This document shows, one piece after another, positions 20,854-31,456 of a stretch of 64,000 bases of DNA (within the stretch, counting starts at the first letter, position 1; every line of letters begins with the position of its first letter). A model generated the notes under the pieces. That model searched no databases. It saw nothing but the letters and a program-made list of their open reading frames with translations, and was not told the origin of the DNA. The stretch is from Nitrospirales bacterium (lineage in GTDB: Bacteria; Nitrospirota; Nitrospiria; Nitrospirales; UBA8639). Position numbers and translations under genes: made by a program. Where the stretch lies: positions 3,680,001 to 3,744,000 of the forward strand of contig OY820905.2 of the NCBI GenBank assembly GCA_963555755.3, in the 5' to 3' direction.

Positions 20854-21608
20854 CTTGGACATCTCGCATCCCATCTTCGGGCCATCATTGAACCTAGAAG
20901 CAGCAGTTGGATCACAAAAGTCCGCGCAAGCTCTCAGGGTCCGTCACGAAATAACCGGGACAATTGGCCGAGACGATTTTGGAGCGAGCCAAGGAGCGAA
21001 GAGCGCGCATACCGGGAGTATGGAAGCGATGAGCGACGCCGGCGGAGCCCAAAAGCGTCCGGCCCTCCGGGGAGGCCCATCTTTGGCCCGGGGCGGCGTT
21101 GCTCCTCGGTCACAGAGCCCCGCTCTGCTCCCTCGTCGCGCCTTGCCCCGATCACAAATCTGGGCCTCCCAATTGTCCCGGTTATTTCGTGACGGACCCT
21201 TAGCGCACCTGGCACAATACAAAAAGGTCTCATCACCACGGAGGGTTCGCGCAAGAATACCTTCCCCGGTTTGGGTGCTGAGACACCTGTCTGGCAAGGC
21301 GCGAGGACTGCGCATACTCTCGGTATGGAAAGGACGAGCAACGCCGCCAGGCGGGATGGATCGACGCCCAAACCGGGGAAGGTATTCTTGCGCGAACCCT
21401 AAGGTGACCACGACTTTTTGTATTGCACCATGCACACCAATTTCTTACACGTCTTTTTTGTGCCCAACTGCCGTTTCTAGGTTGAACGGGTCTCAATCGA
21501 AAAAGCCTCAACATAGCTGGGCTATGCGTCGGTTTTTTCTCAGTCGTTCCGTCCAAATCCGACCCAAATCTGGGCGCGATTTTGCCAAAGTTATTTTGTC
21601 ACAGGCCC
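20837..21608. mobile_element. Nested MITE composite F[G[D][A]]
   Basis: F halves 20837-20892 and 21482-21608; G 20893-21481 (TSD TTGAA); D 20937-21199; A 21243-21399. Confidence 0.88.
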
Positions 21609-21635
21609 TAAAATGATGAAAGCCATGAAGCCGAA

Positions 21636-22526
21636 ATGAATGATGGACGACACACATTGCGGCGAACCTTGGAACAGGGAGAGTTCGCCATCACCGTTGA
21701 AATGAATCCTCCCAAGGGCACAAATGTTTCGGCCTTACTCGAGACCGCCAAGGCCTTGGTCGGCCATGTGCATGGCATCAATGTCACGGATAACACCGCT
21801 GCGGTGATGCGCGCGAGTTCCGTCGCTGTGTCGCGGCTGTTGTTTGAGCAGGGGCACGACCCGGTTTTGCAAGTGACCTGTCGGGACCGAAACCGAATGG
21901 GGATTCAGTCGGACTTACTGGGCGCACATCTTCTAGGCATTGGCAATGTTCTGTGCTTGACAGGGGATAGCCCACAAGTCGGGGATCACAAAGAGGCTAA
22001 ACCCGTGTATGATATAGATTCCGTTCAGGTCATGCGGACCATCGGTTTATTGAATCAAGGGCGAGACATGGCTGACAAACCGTTAGATGGCGCCACGGAT
22101 TTTTTTATAGGTGCTGCGGTGGCTCCTGGCGCCGACTCTGCTGACCTCATGCATCAGAAATTGAGCGCAAAGGTCCAAGCCGGTGCACAATTTTTCCAAA
22201 CTCAAGCCCTATATTGTTCCGATTTGTTCCAGGGATTTATGTCGGAAGTGCGGAAATACCCCTGTAAGGTCTTGGCCGGGGTGTTGGTTCTCCGCTCGGC
22301 GAAAATGGCGGAATATTTGAACGCGAATATCCCGGGGATTGATGTGCCCAAAGAACTCGTATCTGAAATGAAGGATGCCGGAGAGTCTTGTGAAGCGGAT
22401 GTTGGCGTGGATATTGCGGTACGCCTTATTAAAGCGGTTCGTCCGTACTGCGATGGCGTTCATATTATGCCTGGTCGTTTGGGCGATCGAGTGCTCGAGA
22501 TTATTCGAAAGGCGGAATTGAACTGA
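21636..22526 (+). CDS. metF: Methylenetetrahydrofolate reductase family protein
   Basis: INVTDN, TCRDRNR, LCLTGD, GAQFFQTQ. Confidence 0.85.
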   Translation: MNDGRHTLRRTLEQGEFAITVEMNPPKGTNVSALLETAKALVGHVHGINVTDNTAAVMRASSVAVSRLLFEQGHDPVLQVTCRDRNRMGIQSDLLGAHLLGIGNVLCLTGDSPQVGDHKEAKPVYDIDSVQVMRTIGLLNQGRDMADKPLDGATDFFIGAAVAPGADSADLMHQKLSAKVQAGAQFFQTQALYCSDLFQGFMSEVRKYPCKVLAGVLVLRSAKMAEYLNANIPGIDVPKELVSEMKDAGESCEADVGVDIAVRLIKAVRPYCDGVHIMPGRLGDRVLEIIRKAELN

Positions 22527-23314
22527 TGACGGTCCCGGAGTTCCAACGTCAAAAAGAAAAAGGAAAGAAACTGGTCGTGGTCACAGCCTACGATGCGTTG
22601 TTTACGCGAATTGTAGAACAATCCGGCATCGAAGCGATTCTGGTTGGGGATTCCCTTGGCGTGGTGGTTCAGGGAAAACAGGACACACTGTCCGTGACCA
22701 TGGAGGATATGATCTATCATACCCGACTCGTCGCTGGTGCACGGGAACAGGCTCTGGTCATTGCCGATATGCCGTTTATGTCATACCAAATCAGTATCGA
22801 AGAGGCCCTCCGGAATGCCGGACGTCTGATTCAGGCTGGAGCTGGAGCGGTGAAGCTGGAAGGTGGAATCCCCATGATCGATCGTGTGCAAGCACTCACG
22901 CGAGTGGGCATTCCCGTGATGGGGCATATTGGGATGACGCCTCAGTCCGTCAATCAGTACGGTGGATACAAAGTGCAGGGCCGGGACGAAAATCATGCGG
23001 AGGCTTTGCTCGCCGATGCTCGGGCGTTAGAAGCCGCGGGAGCCTTTTCACTCGTACTCGAAGCCATGCCGGCTGATCTTGCGAAAGCCATCACCCAAGC
23101 GGTCTCCATCCCAACGATTGGGATCGGCGCGGGTCCTGATTGTGATGGGCAAGTGTTGGTGCTCTATGACCTTCTTGGACTCTTCGATGATTTTACCCCG
23201 AAGTTCGTGAAGCCGTATGCCCACTTAAAAGCCGATGCCCTACAAGCCCTCCGCCGATTCAAAGAAGAGGTGGAATGCCAAAAATTTCCCTCTGATCTCG
23301 AAAGTTATCACTAA
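22526..23314 (+). CDS. panB: Ketopantoate hydroxymethyltransferase
   Basis: TAYD, LVGDSLG, VKLEGG, GHIGMTPQS. Confidence 0.97.
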   Translation: MTVPEFQRQKEKGKKLVVVTAYDALFTRIVEQSGIEAILVGDSLGVVVQGKQDTLSVTMEDMIYHTRLVAGAREQALVIADMPFMSYQISIEEALRNAGRLIQAGAGAVKLEGGIPMIDRVQALTRVGIPVMGHIGMTPQSVNQYGGYKVQGRDENHAEALLADARALEAAGAFSLVLEAMPADLAKAITQAVSIPTIGIGAGPDCDGQVLVLYDLLGLFDDFTPKFVKPYAHLKADALQALRRFKEEVECQKFPSDLESYH

Positions 23315-23473
23315 GGACTCGCGCAAAAATAACTTCCCCTGTTTGGGCGTCGATCCATCCCGTCTGGGCGGCGTTGCTCGTCCTTTCCATACCGAGGAGT
23401 ATGCGCAGTCCTCGCGCCTTGCCAGACAGGTGTCTCAGCACCCAAACAGGGGAAGTTATTCTTGCGCGAACCC
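23315..23473. mobile_element. MITE family A (reverse)
   Basis: TAA TSD is the panB stop codon. Confidence 0.88.
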
Positions 23474-23564
23474 TAAACCCTGGGTCTGTTTTTTTTGATT
23501 ATTCTGCCGGCGAGAATGCATGATTTCGACCATTCCACTTTGGCGGCTTTAAGTTGTCGTTCTA

Positions 23565-23593
23565 TTGACAATTCACCAAACGGAGCCTAACAT
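23565..23593 (+). promoter_or_regulatory. Putative sigma70 promoter of purA
   Basis: TTGACA-N17-TAACAT. Confidence 0.6.
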
Positions 23594-23606
23594 TCATCTC
23601 CGGTTG

Positions 23607-23640
23607 GCTCTGACTTTGTGTGAGTCGGGGCTTTTTTTAT
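23607..23640 (+). terminator. Terminator-like hairpin in the purA leader
   Basis: GCTCTGACT/AGTCGGGGC stem followed by a T-run. Confidence 0.5.
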
Positions 23641-23694
23641 GACATTTTCGAGTGGGTGTCTTCACAGGATTCTTTAGGAATATAGAGAGTTGAA

Positions 23695-25023
23695 ATGGCA
23701 AATTTAATCGTCATTGGATCGCAGTGGGGGGATGAGGGGAAAGGGAAAATTGTCGATATTCTTTCCCGTGATGCTGATGTGGTCGTTCGTTTTCAGGGTG
23801 GGTCCAATGCCGGTCATACGGTGGTGACCAGAAAAGGAACCTATATTTTCCATTTGATTCCGTCCGGCATATTATCGAAGGGGAAATTGTGTATTTTGGG
23901 AAGCGGAGTCGTGATTGATCCTGGTGCACTAATTGGGGAATTGGATCAACTGCAAGCTCAAGGGATCAAAATTGGGCGGAATTTTTTGATTAGTCAGCGG
24001 GCTCATGTGATCATGCCGTATCACAAGGCCATTGATAAGGCGGCGGAAAAAGCGAAAGGGTCTCGTCGCATTGGCACCACGGGGAAGGGTATTGGTCCGG
24101 CCTATGTGGATAAAATGGCTCGTATTGGCATTCGAATGGGTGATCTTCTCAACCCTGATGTTTTTCGGGGCAAAGTGGAAGACAATCTGGTCGAGATCAA
24201 TAATTTCCTTCGGCACGTGTATAAAGCTCGAGGGTTTACTCCAGATCGTATTGTCGAGGAATATATGAAGTATGCCGACCGGTTGCGTTCTCATGTCGCT
24301 GATGACTCCTTGCTACTGCATAAGGCCACAGAAAATGGGCGCCATGTCTTATTTGAAGGGGCGCAAGGTACGCATTTGGATGTTGACCTTGGGACCTATC
24401 CGTTTGTGACGTCGTCAAGCTCTTGTGCCGGGGGCGCCTGTACTGGAACGGGGATTGGCCCAACAAAAATCGATGCGGTGCTTGGCGTCACGAAAGCCTA
24501 TTCCACACGCGTTGGGAGTGGGCCGTTTCCCACGGAATTGTCCGATGCCGTTGGGGAGGGTTTGCAAGAACGCGGTCAGGAAATTGGTGCGACTACGGGA
24601 CGCGCCCGCCGGTGTGGTTGGTTGGATGCTGTGGTGTTGCGGTATGCCGTGCGCGTGAACGGATGTACGTCATTGGCCGTTACTAAATTGGATGTGCTGG
24701 ATGGCTTGCGCCAAATAAAAATTGCCGTTGGGTATCGGCATAAAGGGAAACTCTATCGGGACATGCCCGCTGACCTTCAGGTTCTTTCAGAATGCGAACC
24801 GGTGTATGAAGTGATGCCTGCGTGGACGGGAACGACTACAGCGGTTACGTCCTATAAAGATCTTCCCCGAGAGGCCAAACGCTATTTAAGTCGGATTGAA
24901 GAATTAACCGCTTGCCCCATTGATATTGTGTCAACGGGCTCCCATCGGGAACATACCATCATGCTGAAAAACCCGATGACCGCTATCCGTCCGCGCACCA
25001 GAATTCCCAAAGTCAGCGCGTAA
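23695..25023 (+). CDS. purA: Adenylosuccinate synthetase
   Basis: QWGDEGKGK, GIGPAY, EGAQG, TTGRARRCGW. Confidence 0.98.
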   Translation: MANLIVIGSQWGDEGKGKIVDILSRDADVVVRFQGGSNAGHTVVTRKGTYIFHLIPSGILSKGKLCILGSGVVIDPGALIGELDQLQAQGIKIGRNFLISQRAHVIMPYHKAIDKAAEKAKGSRRIGTTGKGIGPAYVDKMARIGIRMGDLLNPDVFRGKVEDNLVEINNFLRHVYKARGFTPDRIVEEYMKYADRLRSHVADDSLLLHKATENGRHVLFEGAQGTHLDVDLGTYPFVTSSSSCAGGACTGTGIGPTKIDAVLGVTKAYSTRVGSGPFPTELSDAVGEGLQERGQEIGATTGRARRCGWLDAVVLRYAVRVNGCTSLAVTKLDVLDGLRQIKIAVGYRHKGKLYRDMPADLQVLSECEPVYEVMPAWTGTTTAVTSYKDLPREAKRYLSRIEELTACPIDIVSTGSHREHTIMLKNPMTAIRPRTRIPKVSA

Positions 25024-25040
25024 CGGAACCCTACTCTTGT

Positions 25041-25069
25041 TTGACAAGCCGGAGGGCGGTTGCTAGCAT
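25041..25069 (+). promoter_or_regulatory. Putative tRNA promoter
   Basis: TTGACA-N17-TAGCAT followed by a GC-rich discriminator. Confidence 0.65.
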
Positions 25070-25080
25070 CGCGCCTCGGT

Positions 25081-25156
25081 GAGCCGCTAGCTCAGTTGGT
25101 AGAGCATCGCCCTTTTAAGGCGAGGGCCGAGCGTTCGAGTCGCTCGCGGCTCACCA
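25081..25156 (+). tRNA. tRNA-Lys(TTT)
   Basis: Acceptor GAGCCGC/GCGGCTC-ACCA, anticodon loop CTTTTAA, TTCGA T-loop. Confidence 0.97.
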
Positions 25157-25360
25157 TATTTCAATAACTTACGAGCCTCTTCATCTCGTTCAACTAAACC
25201 ATAGGACAAACCATAGGACAAAAAAGTCTTTTCCAGACTTGTGACTGCCTGTCTTAGTTTCCTTTCCCATTTTGGCCATTCATGAGAATAGTAAGCGGTC
25301 ATCCCTGGCATTTTGTGACCTAAGAGGGTCTGTCTGACCTCGTAATCAACCCCAAGTTCT
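25157..25360 (-). pseudogene. Tyrosine integrase C-terminal remnant
   Basis: ELGVDYEVRQTLLGHKMPGMTAYYSH (LGH...Y box); cut off by IS6. Confidence 0.75.
25196..25219. repeat. Tandem 12-bp repeat AAACCATAGGAC x2, putative integrase arm sites
   Basis: Perfect direct repeat 40 bp from the tRNA 3' end. Confidence 0.6.
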
Positions 25361-26152
25361 GTTATTGTCAATTTAAGTTGCACTTGGCAGACTGGGCTGC
25401 ATGAAAAATAAACCACCCAGTTACCAACGCCATCGCTTTCCTTCTGAAATTATTAGCCACGCCGTCTGGTTGTACCATCGTTTCTACCTCAGTTTCCGTG
25501 AAGTCGAAGAATTGCTGGCCGAACGTGACCTCACCGTCACCTATGAAACCGTTCGTCAATGGTGCCGAAAGTTTGGGCCAGCCTATGCGCGGAAATTGAA
25601 GAAACGACAAGGTCGTCTCGGTGCTACGTGGCAGCTTGATGAAGTGTTTGTGTCCATCCAAGGCGAACAGCAGTATCTCTGGCGAGCCGTGGATCAAGGC
25701 GCCGACACCATTGATATGTTGGTGCAACGCCGCCGTAATACACAAGCAGCGGTGCGCTTCTTCCGCCGCTTACTGAAAGGCCAAGGCCGTGAGCCGCGCT
25801 GGATGTTCACCGACACACTCAAAAGCTACGGCGCCGCACACCGGGCCGTCATGCCTACCGTCGAGCCTATCAATGCGGTCTACGCCAATAACCGAGTTGC
25901 AGTGTCACACCAACCCACGCGGCAACAAGAATATCATATGCGAGGGTTCTCTTCAGCAACTCACGCTCAACGGTTTTTGACGTTCCACGGACTTACACAG
26001 AATCTCTTTCGTCTCGGCCGCCACCTCATGCAGGCGGTCCATTATCGACTGTTGCGCCCCAGGCCTTTCAGGTCTGGGAGGAAGCGGTGTACGCATAAGC
26101 AGCTTGGCTTAGCTGGTTCAATGTGCCCATCAATCGTTAAGTTGACAATACC
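25361..26152 (+). mobile_element. IS6-family element
   Basis: TIRs GTTATTGTCAATTTAA / TTAAGTTGACAATACC. Confidence 0.88.
25401..26098 (+). pseudogene. IS6 transposase, damaged
   Basis: RHRFPSEII, DEVFV, TD; NNRxE changed to NNRVA; frameshift near 26058 before QAFQVWEEAVYA*. Confidence 0.8.
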
Positions 26153-26382
26153 CATCAATGCCGTAGTCGGCAAACCAGACAACCCACCGTACAAATGGTC
26201 TAGAAAAGGGAGGCCCTACTCGCAGGGTGAATTCCCACATGTCAGACGGCGGAGTTCCGCGGATTGACCTTCAACGGGTTCCTTGGTACTTTGCTGTCCA
26301 GTCAAACAGGCCTTTTAAAATTCCTATTCTCAATTGATGACAGGGAGATTCATGAGGACTGACCTACTTAATTATATAGATA

Positions 26383-28224
26383 GTGTCTGAGAGAAAACAC
26401 CGGTTTTATCGGGCATGGTCCGGGATATTTTTTCCACACCTCTCTTCGGCCTCCTCTGTCGTGCTCACGAACGGCTTTTCTCGTCCACCATTCGTGCCAT
26501 GTCCTGGATGGGAGCCCTCCCCAGGACGTCGCAGTCGATTCGCGACAGAGGTCTCCCTCGGGTGCAGGATTCCTTTCGGCCGCTTGCCGCGCTAGGCCGC
26601 TTGCTTGAGTTGCGGCTTACGGCGTCGGTGGTGTTCCAGCAACCGATGGCCAATCTTGTGGAGATTGTACGCCAAGATCCCAAACCCGACGTAGCGCTGA
26701 AACCCCGCCCCTCCTTTGTCAGGACACCGATTCAACCCATGGTGTTCCAAGGCAGTGATGTCCGATTCAATCGCACGGTGCTGCTGCCGTAAGCGGCGAA
26801 AGGTCGGCTGCGTTTCCCGGGCCTGATCGGCTTGGGAGCGCCGCCCTTTTTTGGGCATGATGACTTCGGGAATAAACAGTTCGAGGAGTTCGCGATCCTG
26901 TTGTGCGCTGAACCCCTTATCCACACTCCAACGCTGGATCTGTCCATCCCCAAATCGGGCCACCAGCCGATCGGCGAGAGGCAGGGTTTCCTTCACATCA
27001 CTGCCCTGGGTCATGATCTTATAGTCCAGGATCAAACGATGTTGATCCGTGGTGATGAGTAATTTATGGCCGAGTTCCACCGCCGGGGCGACTTTCCCCT
27101 TGTTGATCCATTCGGTATGCGGTTCAAACAGGGACAAGAGTGTGTCGGCATGGGGAATCGTTTCCCCCTGCAAGACCCGTCGGTCGATAAGATCCAGATG
27201 CTTGATGAGCATCTCGTGATAGTATTCCACCTCGGCCAGGATGTTTTGCTCCAGTAGGGAGCAGGTCTGGGGCCGACGCACCAGTAGGCTGGCAAAGACT
27301 TTCTGCTCCAACGCGTAGGCTTTCTGCAGATAGGCCGTGACCGCCGCGTCGAGCCGCTCGCGCTTCTTGGCGCCCCCGCCATGGGAGATTGTCCCACAGG
27401 TTCGAAGCAAGGTCTTCAGTTGCTTCCGCCACGTGGAGGCCTTGCGCCACCCCGAGGGCTCCAGGTGCTGCGCCAGCCGCGAGAGCAAAACCAAACATTT
27501 CCGACAGGCATCCCACAGCAGATTCAAATCCGTGGGGAAATGGACGGTGGTCTCCAGCACGTAGGTGTCACTTTTGGCGTGAATGGGCTCGGCGGCTTTT
27601 TTTTTAAACACCGCCCGTCCCGCCGCCACCACGATGGCATTGATCTCGGCCAAGAAGGCTTCGTCCACGTGACACACATTCTCACTGATCGTCTTGTGAT
27701 GAAACCCGTGGCCAAATTCCCCCCGGAAGGAGGACTCCAAGCCCATGATCTGCCGCAGTAACTTGTCATAGTGGACCAGGTATTCCAGCCGATCATAGTC
27801 ACAATCCAACGCTAAGCGAACGACCCCCAGGACCAGGACATGCCACAGATCCATCCCGGGTCGTCCGGTCGCCTGCTTGGCCCCCGTGACCTTCTGTTCC
27901 AGCACGGCAAAGATTTGCTCATTGACGTCGGGAGTCTGAAAAATCCACTGGAGCCCCCGCAACACCGGCGGCAATTCATCCCGACTCTTGGGGGGAATGG
28001 GTACTTCCTCAATCGGGGTCTGGCCTCACTCCACCTGCCGTTCAAATCGTTGCCGCATCGTCTCGATCCTCCCTCACCAACCCGGTGCACTGTGAATGTT
28101 GAGGCAGTTTACACGAAAAACACGCTGTTTTCAGGAATTTCGTTCACATACCGTGAAAGATTCGCATCCCGAAAACCGAGAAAACCCGCGTCACGCTTGG
28201 CCAATCTAGCTTTATCTCAGACAC
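26383..28224 (-). mobile_element. IS element (ISNCY/IS5-like DDE)
   Basis: TIR GTGTCTGAGA(G/T)AAA, 6-bp TSD TAGATA. Confidence 0.88.
26592..28058 (-). pseudogene. DDE transposase with an in-frame TGA at codon 11
   Basis: GRPGMDLW, HFPTDLNLLWD, DKGF, AIESDI; ATG 28058 after GAGGGAGGA; stop at 28026-28028. Confidence 0.8.
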
Positions 28225-28560
28225 TAGATAAGGAAATTGAGATTGGGGATGGTCTATCGATTAGAAGCATTTTACCAACCAGTATTACATCCGAAGATAT
28301 CACCAGGCTTGTAGAGCATCATTTCGATGTATACCGTTCCAAAGAATCATTTGAACTTGTAAAGGCACATTACTCGTGTAGATTTTTGAATAATCCCGCC
28401 GGCGGGGCTATTATTTCCGTTGTCCAGAACGATGAAGGAAAGATCGTGGGTGCTTACGGAGGAATACCGCTTCGACTGAAATTAGGTGAGAATTCAGAGA
28501 TTTCTTACCTCATCTGCTGCGACAGTGTTTCACCGCAATTTACTGGCAGCAATCTTATTA

Positions 28561-29866
28561 GGCTCTTCCCCTGATCGAGTGGGTCCGTTACCCTATGGGG
28601 TATGAGAGACAAAGATCTATACAAGGAGATTCTCGGGATTCAGATGCCGTGGACGGTCACCAAGGTGGAGCTCTCCATGGCTGCCGGCGAAGTGACGGTC
28701 CATGTCAAACAATAAGCCGGAGAGCCACAACCCTGTCCCCATTGCGGGACACCTTGTCCTGGCTATGACCAGCGCTCCCGGACATGGCGGCATCTGGATA
28801 CCTGTCAGTTCAAAACGCTCATCGTGGCTAAGGTGCCGCGAGTGACCTGTCCCACCCACGGGGTGGTGACGGTGAAGGTGCCTTGGGCGGAATCGGGGGC
28901 AGGGTTCACCGCCCTGTATGAAGCGCTCGTCCTGGACTGGCTCAAAGAGGCGTCGATTCAAGCCGTGGCCCGTCAATTGTCCTTCAGCTGGAATGCCATT
29001 GCGGGCATTATGCAGCGAGCGGTCACGCGGGGGGTGGCGCGCCGAACCCAAGAAAGCCCGACCCGCATCGGTGTTGATGAGACCTCCTTCCGCAAGGGGC
29101 ACGACTCTGTCACGGTGGTGACGGATCAGAAGAAGGGCCAGGTGCTGCATGTGGCGGAGGAGCGCAAGACCAGCAGCTTGACCAGCTATTATGACACCCT
29201 CACCGCGGCGCAGAAAGCGGAGATAGAAAGCATTGCGATGGATATGTGGCCCGCCTACATCACGGCCACCCTGGAGCAGATTCCCGCGGCGACGCAGAAG
29301 ATCGCCTTTGATAAATTTCATGTGGCCAAGTACCTGGGAGGGGCCGTCGACCAAGTGCGGAAGCAGGAGCATAAAGCCTTGATGGGAGAAGGCTGCGACG
29401 ATCTCAAAGGCACCCAATATGATTGGTTAACCAACCTGAGCAACTTATCCCGCCCCCGGCAGTGTACATTCAAGGTGTTGCGAGCCAGCACGCTGAAAAC
29501 GGCTCGGGCGTGGGCGATCAAAACGCTGGGCATGCAGCTCTGGCACTATGTCAGTCGCACCTGGGCGGAGAAAGGCTGGAAGCAATGGTATGCCTGGGCC
29601 ATTCGCAGTCGCCTGGGCCCGATCAAAAAGGTGGCACGAACCATCAAAAAACATCTGTGGGGCATTCTCACTGCCGTACTCTTGCAGGCCAGCAATGGGG
29701 CGTCGGAGAGTATGAATAGCCGCATTCAAGGCATCAAAATCCGGAGTCGTGGCTTTCGCAATAAAGCGCGATACATCCAAGCCATCTACTTCCATTTCGG
29801 GGGTCTGGACCTCTATCCGGAAGGAGTTCGTCGATAGAATCGACCCACTCGACTTGATGAAGCTCC
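28561..29866 (+). mobile_element. ISL3-family element
   Basis: Ends GGCTCTTC...TCGAGTGGGT / ACCCACTCGA...GAAGCTCC; no TSD seen. Confidence 0.85.
28602..29837 (+). pseudogene. ISL3 transposase with an in-frame TAA at 28713
   Basis: CPHCG, RTWRHLD, GVDETS, MDMWPAY, DKFHV, SNGASE. Confidence 0.88.
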
Positions 29867-29899
29867 ATATTTCTTACCCCTGTGTGCTGGGTGTATTTT

Positions 29900-30286
29900 C
29901 TAAAGAAGGTGTGCAACTTTGTGGATATGAGGGACCACGACCTCGTGGCTTGCCACTGATGGCGTGGAGTTGTCATCAGGCTGCCACCGTATCACCAACG
30001 CGCGTTGGGCCTCTGTTTCGAGTACCATCTCTTGCAACATTCGATTCACGACCACATCACGCTGGGCCCGACTCAGATCAGGGGAAGCCACCTGTCGAGG
30101 TTGGTTGGCTGTGGGTTCCTGAACATCATGGATTGTGATATCTATCGACATGGCGATTTCTATGGGCTTGTCAACATCCAACTTGACCCTTGGTTCGCAA
30201 GCCGAAAACACCATTGGCAGAAGGACTAGAAACCCCATCAACGCTATTGCCAGTAAGAGCCCTTCCCTAGGTCGAAAATTTTTCAA
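29900..30286 (-). CDS. YnbE-like lipoprotein
   Basis: Lipobox FSAC followed by PRVKLDVDKPIEIAMSIDI. Confidence 0.55.
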   Translation of the reverse strand: MKNFRPREGLLLAIALMGFLVLLPMVFSACEPRVKLDVDKPIEIAMSIDITIHDVQEPTANQPRQVASPDLSRAQRDVVVNRMLQEMVLETEAQRALVIRWQPDDNSTPSVASHEVVVPHIHKVAHLL

Positions 30287-30584
30287 AAAATTAGAGCAAA
30301 CAATAGAAACTTTGGGTAGACAAGATTTGGGAATCAGGTCTAACCAAAAGATATACAGTCAGAGAAGCGAAAGTGCAGCCGCCCTAGCCGGACCACCCTT
30401 TTCCCCTCCCTTTTTTCCTAACGCCACCACATGTGGATTCTTTTTCTTCATGGGTGGAATCTACCTGGGCGGTGAAAAAGATCCAAGCCTACCCAACTAG
30501 GGGTTGACCAATACTTGATCGTTCAAGACTCAAATTTTTTTGTTTCTCCTGAAAAACAATAGGGAAATTCGTTTGCCAACAGGG

Positions 30585-31232
30585 TCATGGGTGTTCGGAT
30601 TTGATTTCGACATAATGCTTCACCGATTCAACCCCTTTGGTAGCTTTGATAATGTCTAAGACCTTTGCCAGTTCCGCCGAACTATTTGCCCGGCCGATGA
30701 GAGAAACATTATTTCGCACTGATCGCCAACGGTAATTTACCGAGGTGACACCCTTCTGCGCAATCAGTTGGGCTTCAATTTTGGTGTTTATCCAGATGTC
30801 ATCCACGGTCTGGCCTATTCCCTCTTTGGAATTCTTGTTACCCCCTTCAGCTTTTTTCCGGCGGGCTTCTTTTTCGGCCTTGGTCACGATTTGAATGTCG
30901 TTGGAGATCTTCGTGATACGGGAATCGCTGTTCACCAATTCGGCAACAGCTTGTTTTTCTTGTGGATTATCAAGGGTCCCCGTCAACAAGGCGCGTTGTT
31001 CCCAGACATCGACATTCACGTCGAGGAGAAGGCTTTTATCGCGATCCGATAACCGGGACAAAACTCCAGTGGCAATTTTGGTATCGGTGATTTGGTCTTC
31101 GGTGTTCCGATCCTCAAAGGCTTTCTTGCCTGTTTCTATCATCACGGTGGCACACCCGGAGAATAGAATCCCGACCATGAGTACCGCATACATTGAATGA
31201 TTGAATTTAATTTTCCACATGTCGTTCATCAC
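30585..31232 (-). CDS. Dual-BON-domain lipoprotein (OsmY/DolP-like)
   Basis: Lipobox FSGC; DQITDTKI and DDIWINTKI; LLTG and LIG; GVESV. Confidence 0.88.
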   Translation of the reverse strand: MMNDMWKIKFNHSMYAVLMVGILFSGCATVMIETGKKAFEDRNTEDQITDTKIATGVLSRLSDRDKSLLLDVNVDVWEQRALLTGTLDNPQEKQAVAELVNSDSRITKISNDIQIVTKAEKEARRKKAEGGNKNSKEGIGQTVDDIWINTKIEAQLIAQKGVTSVNYRWRSVRNNVSLIGRANSSAELAKVLDIIKATKGVESVKHYVEIKSEHP

Positions 31233-31456
31233 GCCTCCTTGTGTCTTGTGTTGTCATTCTTGTGTGGACCAATTCGAGCACACATTTATGAGTCAAAGCA
31301 ATCCCCCAAATTAAAAAGGTATTGGAAGTCTGATGCTTTTTTCCCCGCCGACGGAGTGTTGTCGTATCGTCAGTTGGTTTGAAAACGGGTGGTAAGGTTA
31401 CCCATGGTCTTCATGCGGATTCCCTGCTGGGACGTGGTAATCGGCGAAATCTTCGG

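Larger units (their letters stand above)
26352..28560 (+). pseudogene. GNAT-like gene split by an IS and truncated by ISL3
   Basis: Removing the IS and one TSD restores MRTDLLNYIDKEIEIG...NPAG...EGKIVGAYGGIP. Confidence 0.65.

Noticed and set aside
20855..21616. 253-aa ORF and similar ORFs at 2374, 16934, 23235, 38711, 38838, 42111, 51466, 56029 and 56320
   Set aside because: They are translations of MITE sequence; the same peptides recur at each repeat copy on both strands.
28026..28028. Selenocysteine or recoded TGA in the transposase (also the TGA at 43108)
   Set aside because: The positions are not Cys-like catalytic sites and the genes show other signs of decay; nonsense mutation is simpler.
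27840..28574. 244-aa plus-strand ORF as a real gene
   Set aside because: It is a chimera of antisense IS sequence and the disrupted GNAT-like fragment.
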